From an uncultured Solirubrobacterales bacterium (GTDB lineage Bacteria > Actinomycetota > Thermoleophilia > Solirubrobacterales > Solirubrobacteraceae), in assembly GCA_963811135.1 (NCBI GenBank), contig CAWEQG010000011.1, positions 33,110 through 97,109 on the forward strand: a stretch of DNA of 64,000 nucleotides, in the 5' to 3' direction. Shown here piece after piece: positions 50,175 through 59,687 of the stretch. Position 1 is the stretch's first letter, and every line of letters begins with the position of its first letter. Below the pieces are notes generated by a model that was given only the letters and a program-made list of their open reading frames with translations, was not told where the DNA came from and did no database searches. Position numbers and translations under genes: made by a program.

Positions 50175-50465
50175 GAAGAGGCGTGCGGTCCCCGCGGCGC
50201 AGCGTGGGAGGTCCAACCAATCGGAACTAGCCACGAGCGAAGAGCAGCTCCGTTTCTGTGGCGCCGGCGGTCAAGAACGTCCTTCAACTGAGATGCAGCG
50301 GGACTCGGAGCCAGCCGCTGTCGGACGCCTGCTCCTGCCCCAGCTCTGGTGCTCCGCAGCCCTGGGAGCCCGCCCTGCAATGCGCGCGGATAGCGACCGC
50401 GCCGCGCGCGCGCCCGCATCGCTGGCGACCAGTAACGAGGCTGCGGTCTGGTCGCCAGCAACCCC

Positions 50466-50513
50466 GGCCAGCGGGCGTGCTTTCCGTATCACGAGGATCC
50501 GACAGTCCGGGCC
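50466..50513. repeat. About 48-bp repeated fragment, copy 2
   Basis: See 46563-46609. Confidence 0.7.
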
Positions 50514-50741
50514 TGCGCTGTTGTTGATCGTCCACCGCGACAACGCTGAGACCGACGACCTGCGCGCTCGCAATGCCTCGTAAAGCAGCGGCGGCAACCA
50601 GGCCGCCCAATCCGTTCCAAACGAGGGCGCTCGCGCCACCCAAGAATCGCGCGGCTCAGCGCGCTCGTAAAATAGGGCAAAGCGGAAGCACTGGGCTCGA
50701 ATTTGCCCGTCGTTCCGCTCGAGGCGCTTACGCGCCGTGCT

Positions 50742-51140
50742 CTAACCCGCGGGCGCGGATGGCGGCGGCGCGAGGTCCTCGGGGTCGTCCACCATGACGA
50801 GGATCTGCTCTACGGCGGTCAGCTCCAACAGTCGCTGGATGGCCTTGCGCCCTCGTACGACGGCGAGGTTGTGCCGGTTCTGGTGCGCAAAGTCGTTCTG
50901 GCGGATCAGCTCGCGGAGTCCCCTGGCGTCCATGAACGTCAGCCCGCGCAGGTCCAGCACGACGTGACGCACGCCATCTGCGTCGGGTGCGAGGCCGTCA
51001 AGCACCTCGGCGACCTCCGAGACCGAGGCGATGTCCAGTTCGCCCCGCAGTTCGACCAACGCAGTCCGCCGGTGAGTTCGAGCCTCAACTTCAAAGATGT
51101 CAGACGCCTCCGTGCGTCCGTCGGGTTGTGTGCGCGCCAT
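50742..51140 (-). CDS. STAS-domain anti-sigma-factor antagonist (SpoIIAA/RsbV-like)
   Basis: ..ALVELRGELDIASVSEVAEVLDGL......VVLDLRGLTFMDARGLRELI....AVVRGRKAIQRLLELTAV.. is a typical STAS layout. The ATG at 51140 (MARTQPDG..) with GAGAAGG upstream is preferred over the longer track ORF. Confidence 0.7.
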   Translation of the reverse strand: MARTQPDGRTEASDIFEVEARTHRRTALVELRGELDIASVSEVAEVLDGLAPDADGVRHVVLDLRGLTFMDARGLRELIRQNDFAHQNRHNLAVVRGRKAIQRLLELTAVEQILVMVDDPEDLAPPPSAPAG

Positions 51141-51165
51141 GAGCTTCAAGCCTTCTCGTTCCTCT
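51125..51165. repeat. Left arm of a 41-bp inverted repeat (covers the STAS RBS, ATG and first 5 codons)
   Basis: The reverse complement of 51125-51165 matches 51697-51737 at 38/41 positions. The perfect 27-bp core is ACGAGAAGGCTTGAAGCTCATGGCGCG (51133-51159 / 51703-51729). Confidence 0.85.
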
Positions 51166-51696
51166 GTAGATGCTGCGCGCGGGGCAGAAGAAACGGAGAA
51201 CCCGAGCGATACGTCAACCATACTCCCCTTAAGGTGACCGAACCGGGTTTTGCGGAGAACTTGGCTTGGAGTTCTTGATCGTTGTTCAGCGACCTGGACG
51301 CAATGGTGACCTTCGGCGGTCGTTTAGCCGGCCAATTTGTGTGTCCGCGTACATTGGCGTGCTGCGTAGATTGGATATGAGGGGGGACGCGGAAAGTCCG
51401 ACGAGTCAGCCGATGCGTTGCCGCCGACTCCTGGCCAAATTTGAGCTCGGGTGCCCATATCGCCTGCAATCGGAGTACACTCGTACATGAGCTGGCCCTG
51501 CGGCCAGGATTCTCACCCCAAGCCCGAATGCCACCGACGGCGCAATCTGCGCCACAAGGCGAGAGGCGTGGGCCACTGGTTTTGACTGCGGGGCCGGTGC
51601 CGTACCTCTAGGCGTTTACCCCACCGGCTCGGTGGAGGCGTCCCAGTCTGATTGACCGCGCGGCGGTTCTAGCCCTCTTCCGTCCGCGGACCCGAG

Positions 51697-51737
51697 AGAG
51701 GGACGAGAAGGCTTGAAGCTCATGGCGCGGACAGAAC
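51697..51737. repeat. Right arm of the 41-bp inverted repeat
   Basis: See the left arm. The arms are separated by 531 bp of lower-GC, apparently non-coding sequence. Confidence 0.85.
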
Positions 51738-52711
51738 ATGATCGGGCAGCGCGTAGGCGAGGCGGGTTGACTTGCGATCGCGGATCGCTGCGGCTCTCGT
51801 CGTCAATTGACGCCCGACGACGACTGAACACTCGGCGTCCGGATGGCCCCCGGACGAAAGCAGATCGACCCGATCTGAGGGACGGGCGGTACGCCTACCT
51901 GATGCGCTCGCACGACTAGGCTAGCCGTTGCCAAGGCCGGTTGAGAATTGACCCCCCTGGTCGCTGTAAGCGCTCTAGCGAGGGTCCCCGCCAAGGTCGG
52001 CGCTTTGTGCGGCGTTCTGCAGGGCTCGGCGATGTGGCCGAGGTTCGCGAGCTCGCGGGTGATCCTCGGGCGGGCTGCCGATCGCCACGGCTCTCGGACA
52101 AGCACGTCTCTGATGGCGCCCACACAGCTGGCGGCCAAGCTGGGCTAGGCAGACCTCCGCCACGCCCTTGCCCTCGACGACGCTCAGTGTCCCGGCGCGG
52201 TCGGACAGCGCGAAGTCGTACGTCCTCCATGGGGCCCAACCCGAACGTCCCACTCGGCTTTGGGATTATCGACGCTCAGTGAAGCCTGCTCGCCCGTGTC
52301 CTAGGCTTGTCGGACCGCTTCGCAGATCTCGCCGTACCCGCCACAGCACGGCGAGCCGCCACACGCTGGTATATAGGCCGGGCCATGCGGCTTTGAGATC
52401 GGGCGGTTCGGTCTCGTCGCGGGTAGTTGGCGTCGGGTCTGGGGGTGCGCGTCCGGAGCGCGGGTCGGAGACGCGCAAGCGCCACGGCACTACCGACGAT
52501 CTGCTCAAGTCTCCTGATCTCACGCGAGCGCCTGCGTCGAGGTCGATGCCTGTCAGCGGGCGACGGCCGGACGTCTCGCCCGACGCGGCGCGGTGTCGCT
52601 CTCGCCGAAGCGCAGCACGATGGGCCTCCACCCCCCTCCTGGGAGGAGGCAACGCGCTGTGCGCGAGGGGCCTCGGTCGGCCGTCGGCCGGTCTGCGTAC
52701 CGGGGCGGCGG

Positions 52712-53155
52712 TTAGTCGTCGCCGGTGCCGGGGTTGGCCGGTGGGGGGTCGACGAGCTCAAGTGCGCCGAATCCAGCTAGTGGGCCGTCCATCAGGAAGA
52801 TCTCGATCGTGAGGTCGGGTTCGACGTGGGCTTGGCTGAGGAACGCGAGCACTTTGCGGCCGGTGAGCTCTTCGATCATTTCGCTGTAGCGCTCTTTCAT
52901 CATCCGTTGGAAGTCGCGGCGCATCTCGAGCACGCGGTCGGGTTCGCCGCCTTCCATCATCGTGCGCTCGATCGCGGTGAACCCGTCTGTGAGCACGCAC
53001 ACGATTAGGTTGTCGAGCACGTAGGTCTTGGCTTTGATCGGCCCGCGGCCGTAGTGCTCGCGCATGAACGCGACGATCCGGTTGGTGATCTCGGCCAGCA
53101 GCCTGCCGCCGACGAGCGGCCGGGGGGCGCGATCCCCTGGCCCGGGGTCCCTCAT
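52712..53155 (-). CDS. DUF2294 (MpsC-like) domain protein
   Basis: ..LVGGRLLAEITNRIVAFMREHYGRGPIKAKTYVLDNLIVCVLTDGFTAIERTMMEGGEPDRVLEMRRDFQRMMKERYSEMIEELTGRKVLAFLSQAHVEPDLTIEIFLM.. Start at the ATG at 53155. Near-identical paralog at 62994-63434 in inverted orientation. Confidence 0.8.
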   Translation of the reverse strand: MRDPGPGDRAPRPLVGGRLLAEITNRIVAFMREHYGRGPIKAKTYVLDNLIVCVLTDGFTAIERTMMEGGEPDRVLEMRRDFQRMMKERYSEMIEELTGRKVLAFLSQAHVEPDLTIEIFLMDGPLAGFGALELVDPPPANPGTGDD

Positions 53156-53339
53156 CGCCGACCTCGTCGTGCTCTGCTGTCTGTGCTGCTCACCGGTGCG
53201 AGTTCTCCGCCGGTCCGAGCCTGTGCACCCGAGGCGGACGCACGGCTCAACGCCAACGCAGTCTGAGCCTACCCGAACGCGGGCTTGTTGGACCCCTTGT
53301 ATTCGGTTGGGATCGGAGTAGTGTCGGAGGGGTTGAGGT

Positions 53340-53371
53340 TTGGCTGCGCCGCCCGCGGGTGGGGCGGCCAA
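53340..53371. repeat. 32-bp GC-rich imperfect palindrome
   Basis: TTGGCTGCGCCGCCCG|CGGGTGGGGCGGCCAA. 13 of 16 arm positions pair (plus two G-T wobbles). Noticed because both strands encode the same peptide, MAAPPAGGAAK. Confidence 0.6.
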
Positions 53372-53841
53372 GCATCAGCGCGGAGCGAAGAGTCGCGCTC
53401 GCGGCGGCCGATGGCGGCATGCGGGGGTGGTTAAAGCAGCAACATCCACCAACCCCGTGCAGGAGCTGGTATGCCACGCGCCGCAAAGCCGCATTTCAGC
53501 GAACCGTTTCGCAGCTCCCGTGGGCAGTGGCGTCTCGCTTCGGGCGGCAATCGGTGAGCCCGGGCTTGCGCCGGCGACCATGGCGGTCGGCCGTGATCTG
53601 CCGGTCCGCCGGTGCGCGCCCAGATGGACGGGTTCGCGTAGCCGGGACGCACCGCCCTAATGGCGCTCCGGCCGCGATGAATCCAGGTTGGTCGCGCTCG
53701 CCGCTGAACAGTGTCGGCGGCTGGAAGCACGGCCTGCTAATCACAGACTTTGCTCGCTTCATCAACTCCGAGATCGCGCTGCTGTGCGGGTGGCAAGGGG
53801 CAACCACCCACGGGGATCTCCTGGTCGGGTCTGGGGGGACC

Positions 53842-54019
53842 CACGAGAAGATCGCGCGACCACTCGAAGGAGGGGTCGTCGGCCGCGCGCTGCACCTCCC
53901 GCAGCGCGCGGCCCTCGAACCGCTCGACCCCTCCTCGGGCGATCGCCGTGTGGGGGCTAGGGCCCCTGCACGAGCAAATGGCGCGATCACTCGAAGGAGG
54001 GGTCGTCGGCCACGCGCTT
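53842..54019. repeat. Two approximately 50-bp direct repeats, 128 bp apart, upstream of the RsbW-like gene
   Basis: CACGAGAAGATCGCGCGACCACTCGAAGGAGGGGTCGTCGGCCGCGCGCT (53842-53891) versus CACGAGCAAATGGCGCGATCACTCGAAGGAGGGGTCGTCGGCCACGCGCT (53970-54019), about 45/50 identical. Confidence 0.75.
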
Positions 54020-54128
54020 GGGGCAAAGCACGTGGGCCTCGGACCACTCAGTCGCGGCCGCTACGGTCTCGCAACCCGGGCGCCGCATGACGGCGTCGGC
54101 GTCCCAGCCCCCGGATTCACTAGGATCG

Positions 54129-54590
54129 ATGTCCATACGAATTCCTGGGGGTAACGATGCACCCACCCAGGCCCGCAGGTGGGTGCGTTCACAGCTCGAG
54201 GGCCAGATTCCTGCCAGCACAGCGTCGGATGCGGTGCTGCTCGTCAGTGAGCTCGTCACCAACAGCGTGGTTCACGCAAACGTCGGCCGTCGCCGAGCGC
54301 TGAGCGTGGAGGTGACGAGACTCGATGATCGACTTCGAATCGCCGTCACCGACCCAGGCTCACGCCTGAGACCCTGCATGCTGCCATCTGACCCCGAAAC
54401 CGCAGGCGGCCTCGGGCTGTTGCTCGTCGACGCGCTCTGCGAGACATGGGGAGCCTCGCAGGACCTCGGCCCTACCTGTGTCTGGTGCGAGCTCCTGCTC
54501 GACCAATCCCCGCCCTCGGGGGTGACCACGCCGATGCCAAACCCACCTACGCTAAGGGCTGTTCAAGCGCGAGGGGCTGGCCCTGCGTGA
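54129..54590 (+). CDS. RsbW/SpoIIAB-like anti-sigma-factor serine kinase (HATPase_c_2)
   Basis: MSIRIPGGNDAPTQARRWVRSQL......AVLLVSELVTNSVVHAN.....LSVEVTRLDDRLRIAVTDPG........GGLGLLLVDALCETWG.. is the typical short ATP-binding regulator layout. Confidence 0.7.
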   Translation: MSIRIPGGNDAPTQARRWVRSQLEGQIPASTASDAVLLVSELVTNSVVHANVGRRRALSVEVTRLDDRLRIAVTDPGSRLRPCMLPSDPETAGGLGLLLVDALCETWGASQDLGPTCVWCELLLDQSPPSGVTTPMPNPPTLRAVQARGAGPA

Positions 54591-54854
54591 CCGCAGTCGA
54601 GGCGTTCATGCTCGAAGCTCGAGGTCGGCCCAGCGTGGGTTGGGTTGGATGTCGATGCTCGCGCGACTTGTCAGGAGCGATCCCGCGGCGATGAGTCGGT
54701 CGGTGCCGCTGGCTGGGCAGGACCGGCTTCTGGTGCTGTTCGGCGTCGGGCAGGTTGACGAGGTCCGCGACCAGCCGTTCGTCGGCGGGCACGCCGAGGA
54801 ACGTGATCATCTCTCGGCCGCCCCGGCCAGGATTGGAGCGCTCGCCTCGGCCAT

Positions 54855-55853
54855 CTAGGAGCGAGCATCCCCCGGCGGCGACAGAGCCACGCGCCGTCCG
54901 CCGTTGCCGCCGATTTGCGCGGCCCCAGCGGCGAGGTTTCCCCTGAGCATGCCCTGCTGGACTTCGTCCATCAACGATCCGACCGCGGATGGGGAGGCGG
55001 GGAGCAGGAGCGTGGTCATGTTGCCGTTCTCGCCTACAGACCGGATCGTGTCCATGTACTGAGTCAGAGCGACCAGGGCCATCGCTTCCTTCGGGTCGAT
55101 GCCACGTTCGTCAGCAAGCACAGCCAGCGACTTCTTGAGCCCCATGGCAATTGCCTCGCGTTCCGCCGCCACGCCCTCACCGTGAAGACGCATCGACTCG
55201 GACTCCCCCTCGGCCTTCTTGATCCGCAGGGTCTTGTCGCCCTCGCCTTGAGCCGTCGCGGCCTCCTGATTGCGGCGCGCCGCGTTGATGTTGTTCATCG
55301 CGTCCTTGACCCGCTGGTCAGGCTCGATGTTCGTGATCAAGGCCTTGATGATCGCGTAGCCGTAGTCGGCCATCTGCGTCTGCAGCGTGTCCTGGATGTG
55401 CTTGGCGATCGTGTCCGCGTCGGCGTAGGCCTCGTCGAGGTCCATCGTCGGGATGTGCGAGCGGACGACGTCGAACGCGTAAGACTTCATCTGCACCTCG
55501 GGATCGTCGAGCTTGTAGAAGGCGTCCTTTACCTTGTCCGGCTCCGCGCCGACCATGTACTGGATCGCGAGTTGGACGACCACGAACACGTTGTCCTTGG
55601 TCTTGGTCTCGATGTCCGCGTTCAACTGCTCGACCTGCAGGCTCATCCGGCCCGCCACCTTCTCGACGAACGGTGTCTTGCGCTGAAGGCCAGGCCCGGC
55701 AACTCGTACGAACTTGCCGAACCGCTCGACGATGGCACGTTCCTGCTGCTCCACGGTGAAGAAGAAAAGGGGCACGCTGATAGTCCTTTCAGGTTCGGAC
55801 GTGTCCGCCCGTTGGCCACGCGAAGGCGTGGCTGTCGGGCTTTCATCATCCAA
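54855..55853 (-). CDS. SPFH/Band-7 (stomatin/prohibitin-like) domain protein
   Basis: ..VEQQERAIVERFGKFVRVAGPGLQRKTPFVEKV...LNADIETKTKDNVFVVVQLAIQY... plus a C-terminal coiled-coil (..RRNQEAATAQGEGDKTLRIKKAEGESE..). Confidence 0.85.
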   Translation of the reverse strand: MDDESPTATPSRGQRADTSEPERTISVPLFFFTVEQQERAIVERFGKFVRVAGPGLQRKTPFVEKVAGRMSLQVEQLNADIETKTKDNVFVVVQLAIQYMVGAEPDKVKDAFYKLDDPEVQMKSYAFDVVRSHIPTMDLDEAYADADTIAKHIQDTLQTQMADYGYAIIKALITNIEPDQRVKDAMNNINAARRNQEAATAQGEGDKTLRIKKAEGESESMRLHGEGVAAEREAIAMGLKKSLAVLADERGIDPKEAMALVALTQYMDTIRSVGENGNMTTLLLPASPSAVGSLMDEVQQGMLRGNLAAGAAQIGGNGGRRVALSPPGDARS

Positions 55854-56338
55854 CCGCTCTATTGGGCGGCTCTTCCGTCGCTGGGGACGAAACTGTCCGT
55901 GAGGTCGCCGTGCGGGGTTCGGCCGACGGTGCTCTGCGCGAAGTCGCTTCGCAGAAGCGGTGAAATGGCCTGATGCTCAGTGTACTTGGTCTCACCAACC
56001 GTGTCGAGAAACCAACGACCGCGGGCGGAGCGACGGCGTCCCCAAAGAACACCGCTCTGCCACCCCAAGCATTGGTCGCGAACGGGACTCCACCGGTAGA
56101 TCCGGATGGCCCTCGGTCGAGAGTCGCCGAATCCGTGTCAAGGCAACAGCGCGGCATGCCGAGGTTGAATGCCCGGTGCACGACACGAGCAGCTCTCGGC
56201 ACTCCTGCGCATCGACAGCGAAACGTCGGGTCGGGTCGGCGTGAACTGTTCTACGGCGGCTCGGCGGCGTGGCTTACGTTCCCAGAAGTCCGGCTCGAGG
56301 CCGTGAGTTTGGCCGCTTGGTAACCGACGGCATCGCCG

Positions 56339-56674
56339 TTGCATGAGGGAACGTGTCGCATGTCACTCGATCAGCCCCAGAGCGTGATGGAACGCCACTC
56401 CATCAACGACGCAAGCGCCTTCGAGATGCTGCGCCGGCGCTCGCGAACCGCCAACCGCAAGCTCGTCGACGTCGCCGCCGCCGTCGTCGCCGGGCCGATC
56501 GTGACGGCGTTCGGGCTCGGGGTGATTGCGGTCACGGGCGGGGCGCACACCAGCGCGCTGCGTCGCTACTCGCGGGCTGATTGCGGCGCGCTCGCAAGCC
56601 GCCCAAGCGTTTGCGCGTCTCGCCTGCACGATCATTCGCTGGCGCCCGCCGGGGCGCGCCCCGCCCGGTTCTAA
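56339..56674 (+). pseudogene. ANTAR-domain fragment
   Basis: Only ..SVMERHSINDASAFEMLRRRSRTANRKLVDVAAAVV.. (the last two ANTAR helices) is recognisable. There is no receiver or sensor domain upstream, and the ORF continues into unrelated sequence. Confidence 0.4.
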
Positions 56675-56723
56675 GATTGATGACTGCGAGATACCGAGGG
56701 GGGACGAGGAGGAGGCTTTGGCG

Positions 56724-57098
56724 ATGACCGAGCACCAGCAGAACGCGAGTTGGAACGTCGCCGAGTGGCACGGGAAGATGCTCATCGATCGCGACGGCGA
56801 GAGGATCGGCAAGCTGCAGGACGTCTACGTCGACGTCGAGAACGACGAGCCGCAGTTCGCCACAGTCAAGGAGGGCTTCATCGGCCGCCACTTGACCTTT
56901 GTACCGCTGGGCGGGATCACCGTAGGTCCCGATGACCTGCGGGTAGCGGTGACCAAGGAGCAGATCAAGTCGGCGCCGAACATCGAGCAGCATGGCGAGG
57001 AGCTTTCCCAGGCCGACGAGTCGGCGCTCTACCACCATTACGAGCTCAACTACACCCCGCTCAACACCGAGAGCGGACGCCGACTCGCCCGCCGCTGA
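56724..57098 (+). CDS. PRC-barrel domain protein
   Basis: ..WHGKMLIDRDGERIGKLQDVYVDVENDEPQFATVKEGFIGRHLTFVPL..., with GAGGAGGAGG upstream of the ATG at 56724. Confidence 0.7.
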   Translation: MTEHQQNASWNVAEWHGKMLIDRDGERIGKLQDVYVDVENDEPQFATVKEGFIGRHLTFVPLGGITVGPDDLRVAVTKEQIKSAPNIEQHGEELSQADESALYHHYELNYTPLNTESGRRLARR

Positions 57099-57410
57099 CC
57101 CTCAGCGCCACGACCGACCGGCCGCCGGCCCCGCTCGGCACTGAAGCCCATGTCCACCTGTGTGAGCTCGAACGCGCCTGCGAGCAGGCAGAAGCGCGTC
57201 TCCGCGCGCGTTGCGGGCTGGGCTCGATGCGCTCGCCGGCCGGCCACACGCGGTAGTTGCGAAAGAAATGCTCAGCGTCGTGGAACCCGTCCCGCTGCTC
57301 GTAGTCGGGACCGACCGCCGCGCAGCGGGCTCCGCAGGGGCTTCACGCCGCCCTACCGAGTCCACGCGGACTCAGGCCTACATCGCGGGTGTATCGTGAC
57401 GGGTGAGGTC

Positions 57411-58430
57411 ATGCCCTGGCTCGCCGACACCGACGTGGGCGCGGCGCACGGGTTCGCCCGGGAGCTGCTCGGAGCCTGCACGGTGGCCGAGCTGCGACGC
57501 CGGGCGCTGTCGGGCCTCGCGGAGCTCGTGCCCGCAGACGTGCTGATGTGGGATCGGGTCGAGCTCCCCAGCGGGGCCGTGCGACACGAGGCGATCCCCG
57601 TCGATGTCGAACCGCCCGGTGCGTTCGCGGCGATTGTGGGCGATTCGGCGGGTCATCCGCTGCTCTCCGCGCATGCCGACGGAAGGCGTCGGGCGCTGCG
57701 CCTGTCAGAGGCCATTGAGCCCCGGCACCTGTTCCACAGCGAGCTGTACGGCGATCTGCTCCACCCGTCGGGCGTCGAGTACTGCATCACTATCGGCGTT
57801 CGCGCGGAGCGTCGAGAGATGGTGGTCGCGGGGCTCGGCCGGCGCGAGCGCCAGTTCTCAGAGCGCGATCGCGAGGTGCTCGATCTCGTGCGGCCCGTCC
57901 TGGAAGCAGCGCTGCGGGATGCCGGCGCGCGCGAACGGCTCGTCCGCGCGCTCGCCGCCGACCCGCCGTCGGGTACCGCCGTCGTGCTGCTCGACGGCTA
58001 CGGTGAGATCGAGCACTCGAGTCTCGACGCCGAGCGTTGGTTGGGCGAGCATTTCGGTGCGGCCGAGCACGCCGGCTGGCCGCCCGGGGCCGTCGCCGCG
58101 TGGCTCGCTCTGCCGCCGCGCCCGCCGCTCGTCAGCGTCCGGGACGGGCGACGTCTCACCATCCAGTTGCTCCCCGGTGATCCGCACGCGCTGCTGCTCG
58201 AGGAGGAGGTCGCGAGCTTCCGGCCCGACGCACTCGTTCGTCTTGGTCTGACCCCGCGCGAGACGGAGGTGCTCTGTGCCGCGCTCGCGATCAAGGACGA
58301 GGCGGACATCGCGTGGGAGCTATGCCTCAGCGTGCACGCCGTACGAGACCGGCTGGCACACCTGGAAGCCAAGCTCGGCGTACAGACCGCCGCCGACGCA
58401 GTCAACCGGGCGCTCCGGGAGAGCAGCTAG
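57411..58430 (+). CDS. LuxR-family transcriptional regulator with a GAF-like N-terminal sensor region
   Basis: C-terminal HTH (LTPRETEVLCAALAIKDEADIAWELCLSVHAVRDRLAHLEAKLGV). The ATG at 57411 was chosen as the start. Confidence 0.7.
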   Translation: MPWLADTDVGAAHGFARELLGACTVAELRRRALSGLAELVPADVLMWDRVELPSGAVRHEAIPVDVEPPGAFAAIVGDSAGHPLLSAHADGRRRALRLSEAIEPRHLFHSELYGDLLHPSGVEYCITIGVRAERREMVVAGLGRRERQFSERDREVLDLVRPVLEAALRDAGARERLVRALAADPPSGTAVVLLDGYGEIEHSSLDAERWLGEHFGAAEHAGWPPGAVAAWLALPPRPPLVSVRDGRRLTIQLLPGDPHALLLEEEVASFRPDALVRLGLTPRETEVLCAALAIKDEADIAWELCLSVHAVRDRLAHLEAKLGVQTAADAVNRALRESS

Positions 58431-58499
58431 ACAGTCGGTCTGTAGGCCGGTCGCTCGCGGCCGGCTCAGGATCGGTCCGCCGGATCAGGGTTCGGTCCC

Positions 58500-58638
58500 A
58501 GTGACCTGCAAGTAGCGGTCACCACGGAGCAAGTCAAGTCTGCGCCGAACATCGAACAGCACGGCGAGGAGCCGTCGCAGGCCGAATGAGTCGGCGCTCT
58601 AGCCAGCACCCATTACGAGCCCAACGGTACCCCGCCTA
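58500..58638 (+). pseudogene. Duplicate of the PRC-barrel gene's 3' end, with a premature stop
   Basis: DLQVAVTTEQVKSAPNIEQHGEEPSQAE*VGAL..HYEPNGTP parallels DLRVAVTKEQIKSAPNIEQHGEELSQADESALYHHYELNYTP (56930-57068). Confidence 0.7.
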
Positions 58639-58986
58639 GCGAGTTGGAGGGTGGCCGTTGGTGTGGGGTACTACTTTGCGATCCGCGCGCCTGTCCGCTT
58701 GAAGTCGTGCGTTAGGAGTGTGGTGAGTATTCCATGAGGATGCAGCGTGCCCGCGGGGTTCCCGGCCACTGCTCAGTGGGCGGTTACTTATGATCGTCGC
58801 GCAGCTCGAGCGTAAGCTCGCAAGGAACTACTACAACAGGAGGCCACCGGTCCAGCGCATCTGAAGCCGGTTTTGCAGCGGATCGACCACGGCACGATCT
58901 TCGTTCATCGCGGCGAGCTACACGTCTATCGCGCTGATCGTGCTGTACGGGCCGCTCGTCTGGGTGGAAGGGCTGATGCCTGAAGA

Positions 58987-59437
58987 GTGCTCGCGGCAAG
59001 CCTGACGCTGGTCACGTTGGGGATCCTCGGCGCGTCGCTGTTCTATGGCGATGGGATGATCACCCCAGCGATCTCGGCGCTCTCCGCGGTCAAGGGGCTG
59101 AAGGTGGCTGCGCCCAGCCTCGGCTCGCTGGTGCTGCCGATCACCGTCGCTTTTGAATCACATGCCTCACCGCCCGCTTCGGTTTCCAGGACGACACCGC
59201 CGTTCCGGCCACCCTGCGCCTAGCGGATCGCCTGGGCCTGCTGGAGGGTATGTGCGACTTCGACAACGCGACCTATTCCTCTCGCAGATCACCATCGTGC
59301 CGGGTGACGCCCCCGGGATGAGTAGATGGCGCAAGCACCTGTTCCTCACCATGTCCCATAACGCAGCAAGTCCCGTCGGGTACTTCAGGCTCCCTGACAA
59401 CCGCACGGTGACCATTGGCGAGCGCATCCAGCTGTGA
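58987..59437 (+). pseudogene. kup: Kup/HAK/KT potassium-transporter relic with a large internal deletion
   Basis: ..[47 protein letters not shown].. (TM region near the N-terminus) is joined directly, in another frame, to the extreme C-terminus (..DNATYFLSQITIVPGDAPGMSRWRKHLFLTMSHNAASPVGYFRLPDNRTVTIGERIQL*). Confidence 0.7.
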
Positions 59438-59687
59438 GGCCCGAGCGCAACGTCCAAGGTCGCGCCACGCTGGTTCGTCTGCCCGGCAACGCCGGGTATC
59501 TCGCGCTACGCTCGACCGTCCGCGGATGGCGAGCGGCCGACGCCAAGCACGTCAGCGCACGGCTGCGCCGAGCACAGCCGCCAGACTCCGTGCGATGAGG
59601 AAGACCAACTCATGATCGTGCGTCGCGCTCGCCAGCCGGTACTCGATCGAACACCGAGCGTCTGATAGTCGGGCTGCGGGGTTCGCG

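Noticed and set aside
50271-50639. 122-aa reverse ORF downstream of the STAS gene, in the position where an anti-sigma kinase might be expected
   Set aside because: It has no HATPase motifs and intermediate third-position GC. It also overlaps the repeated fragment shared with 46563-46609, so it is more likely a gene remnant. Left uncalled.
51391-51399. GGAAAGTCC (RNase P P4-like motif), with ACAGAAC about 340 nt downstream, inside the IR-bounded segment
   Set aside because: The other universally conserved RNase P RNA segments (GGTAAGGGTGAAA, GTAAGAG, AGCAAGGCCAA in the correct order) and the expected GC-rich helices are absent. Treated as a chance motif.
51713-51919. 68-aa ORF starting from the right arm of the inverted repeat (MKLMARTEHDRAARRRGG..)
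   Set aside because: Beyond the duplicated first codons the product is Arg-rich nonsense with no similarity to the STAS protein. It is probably not a gene.
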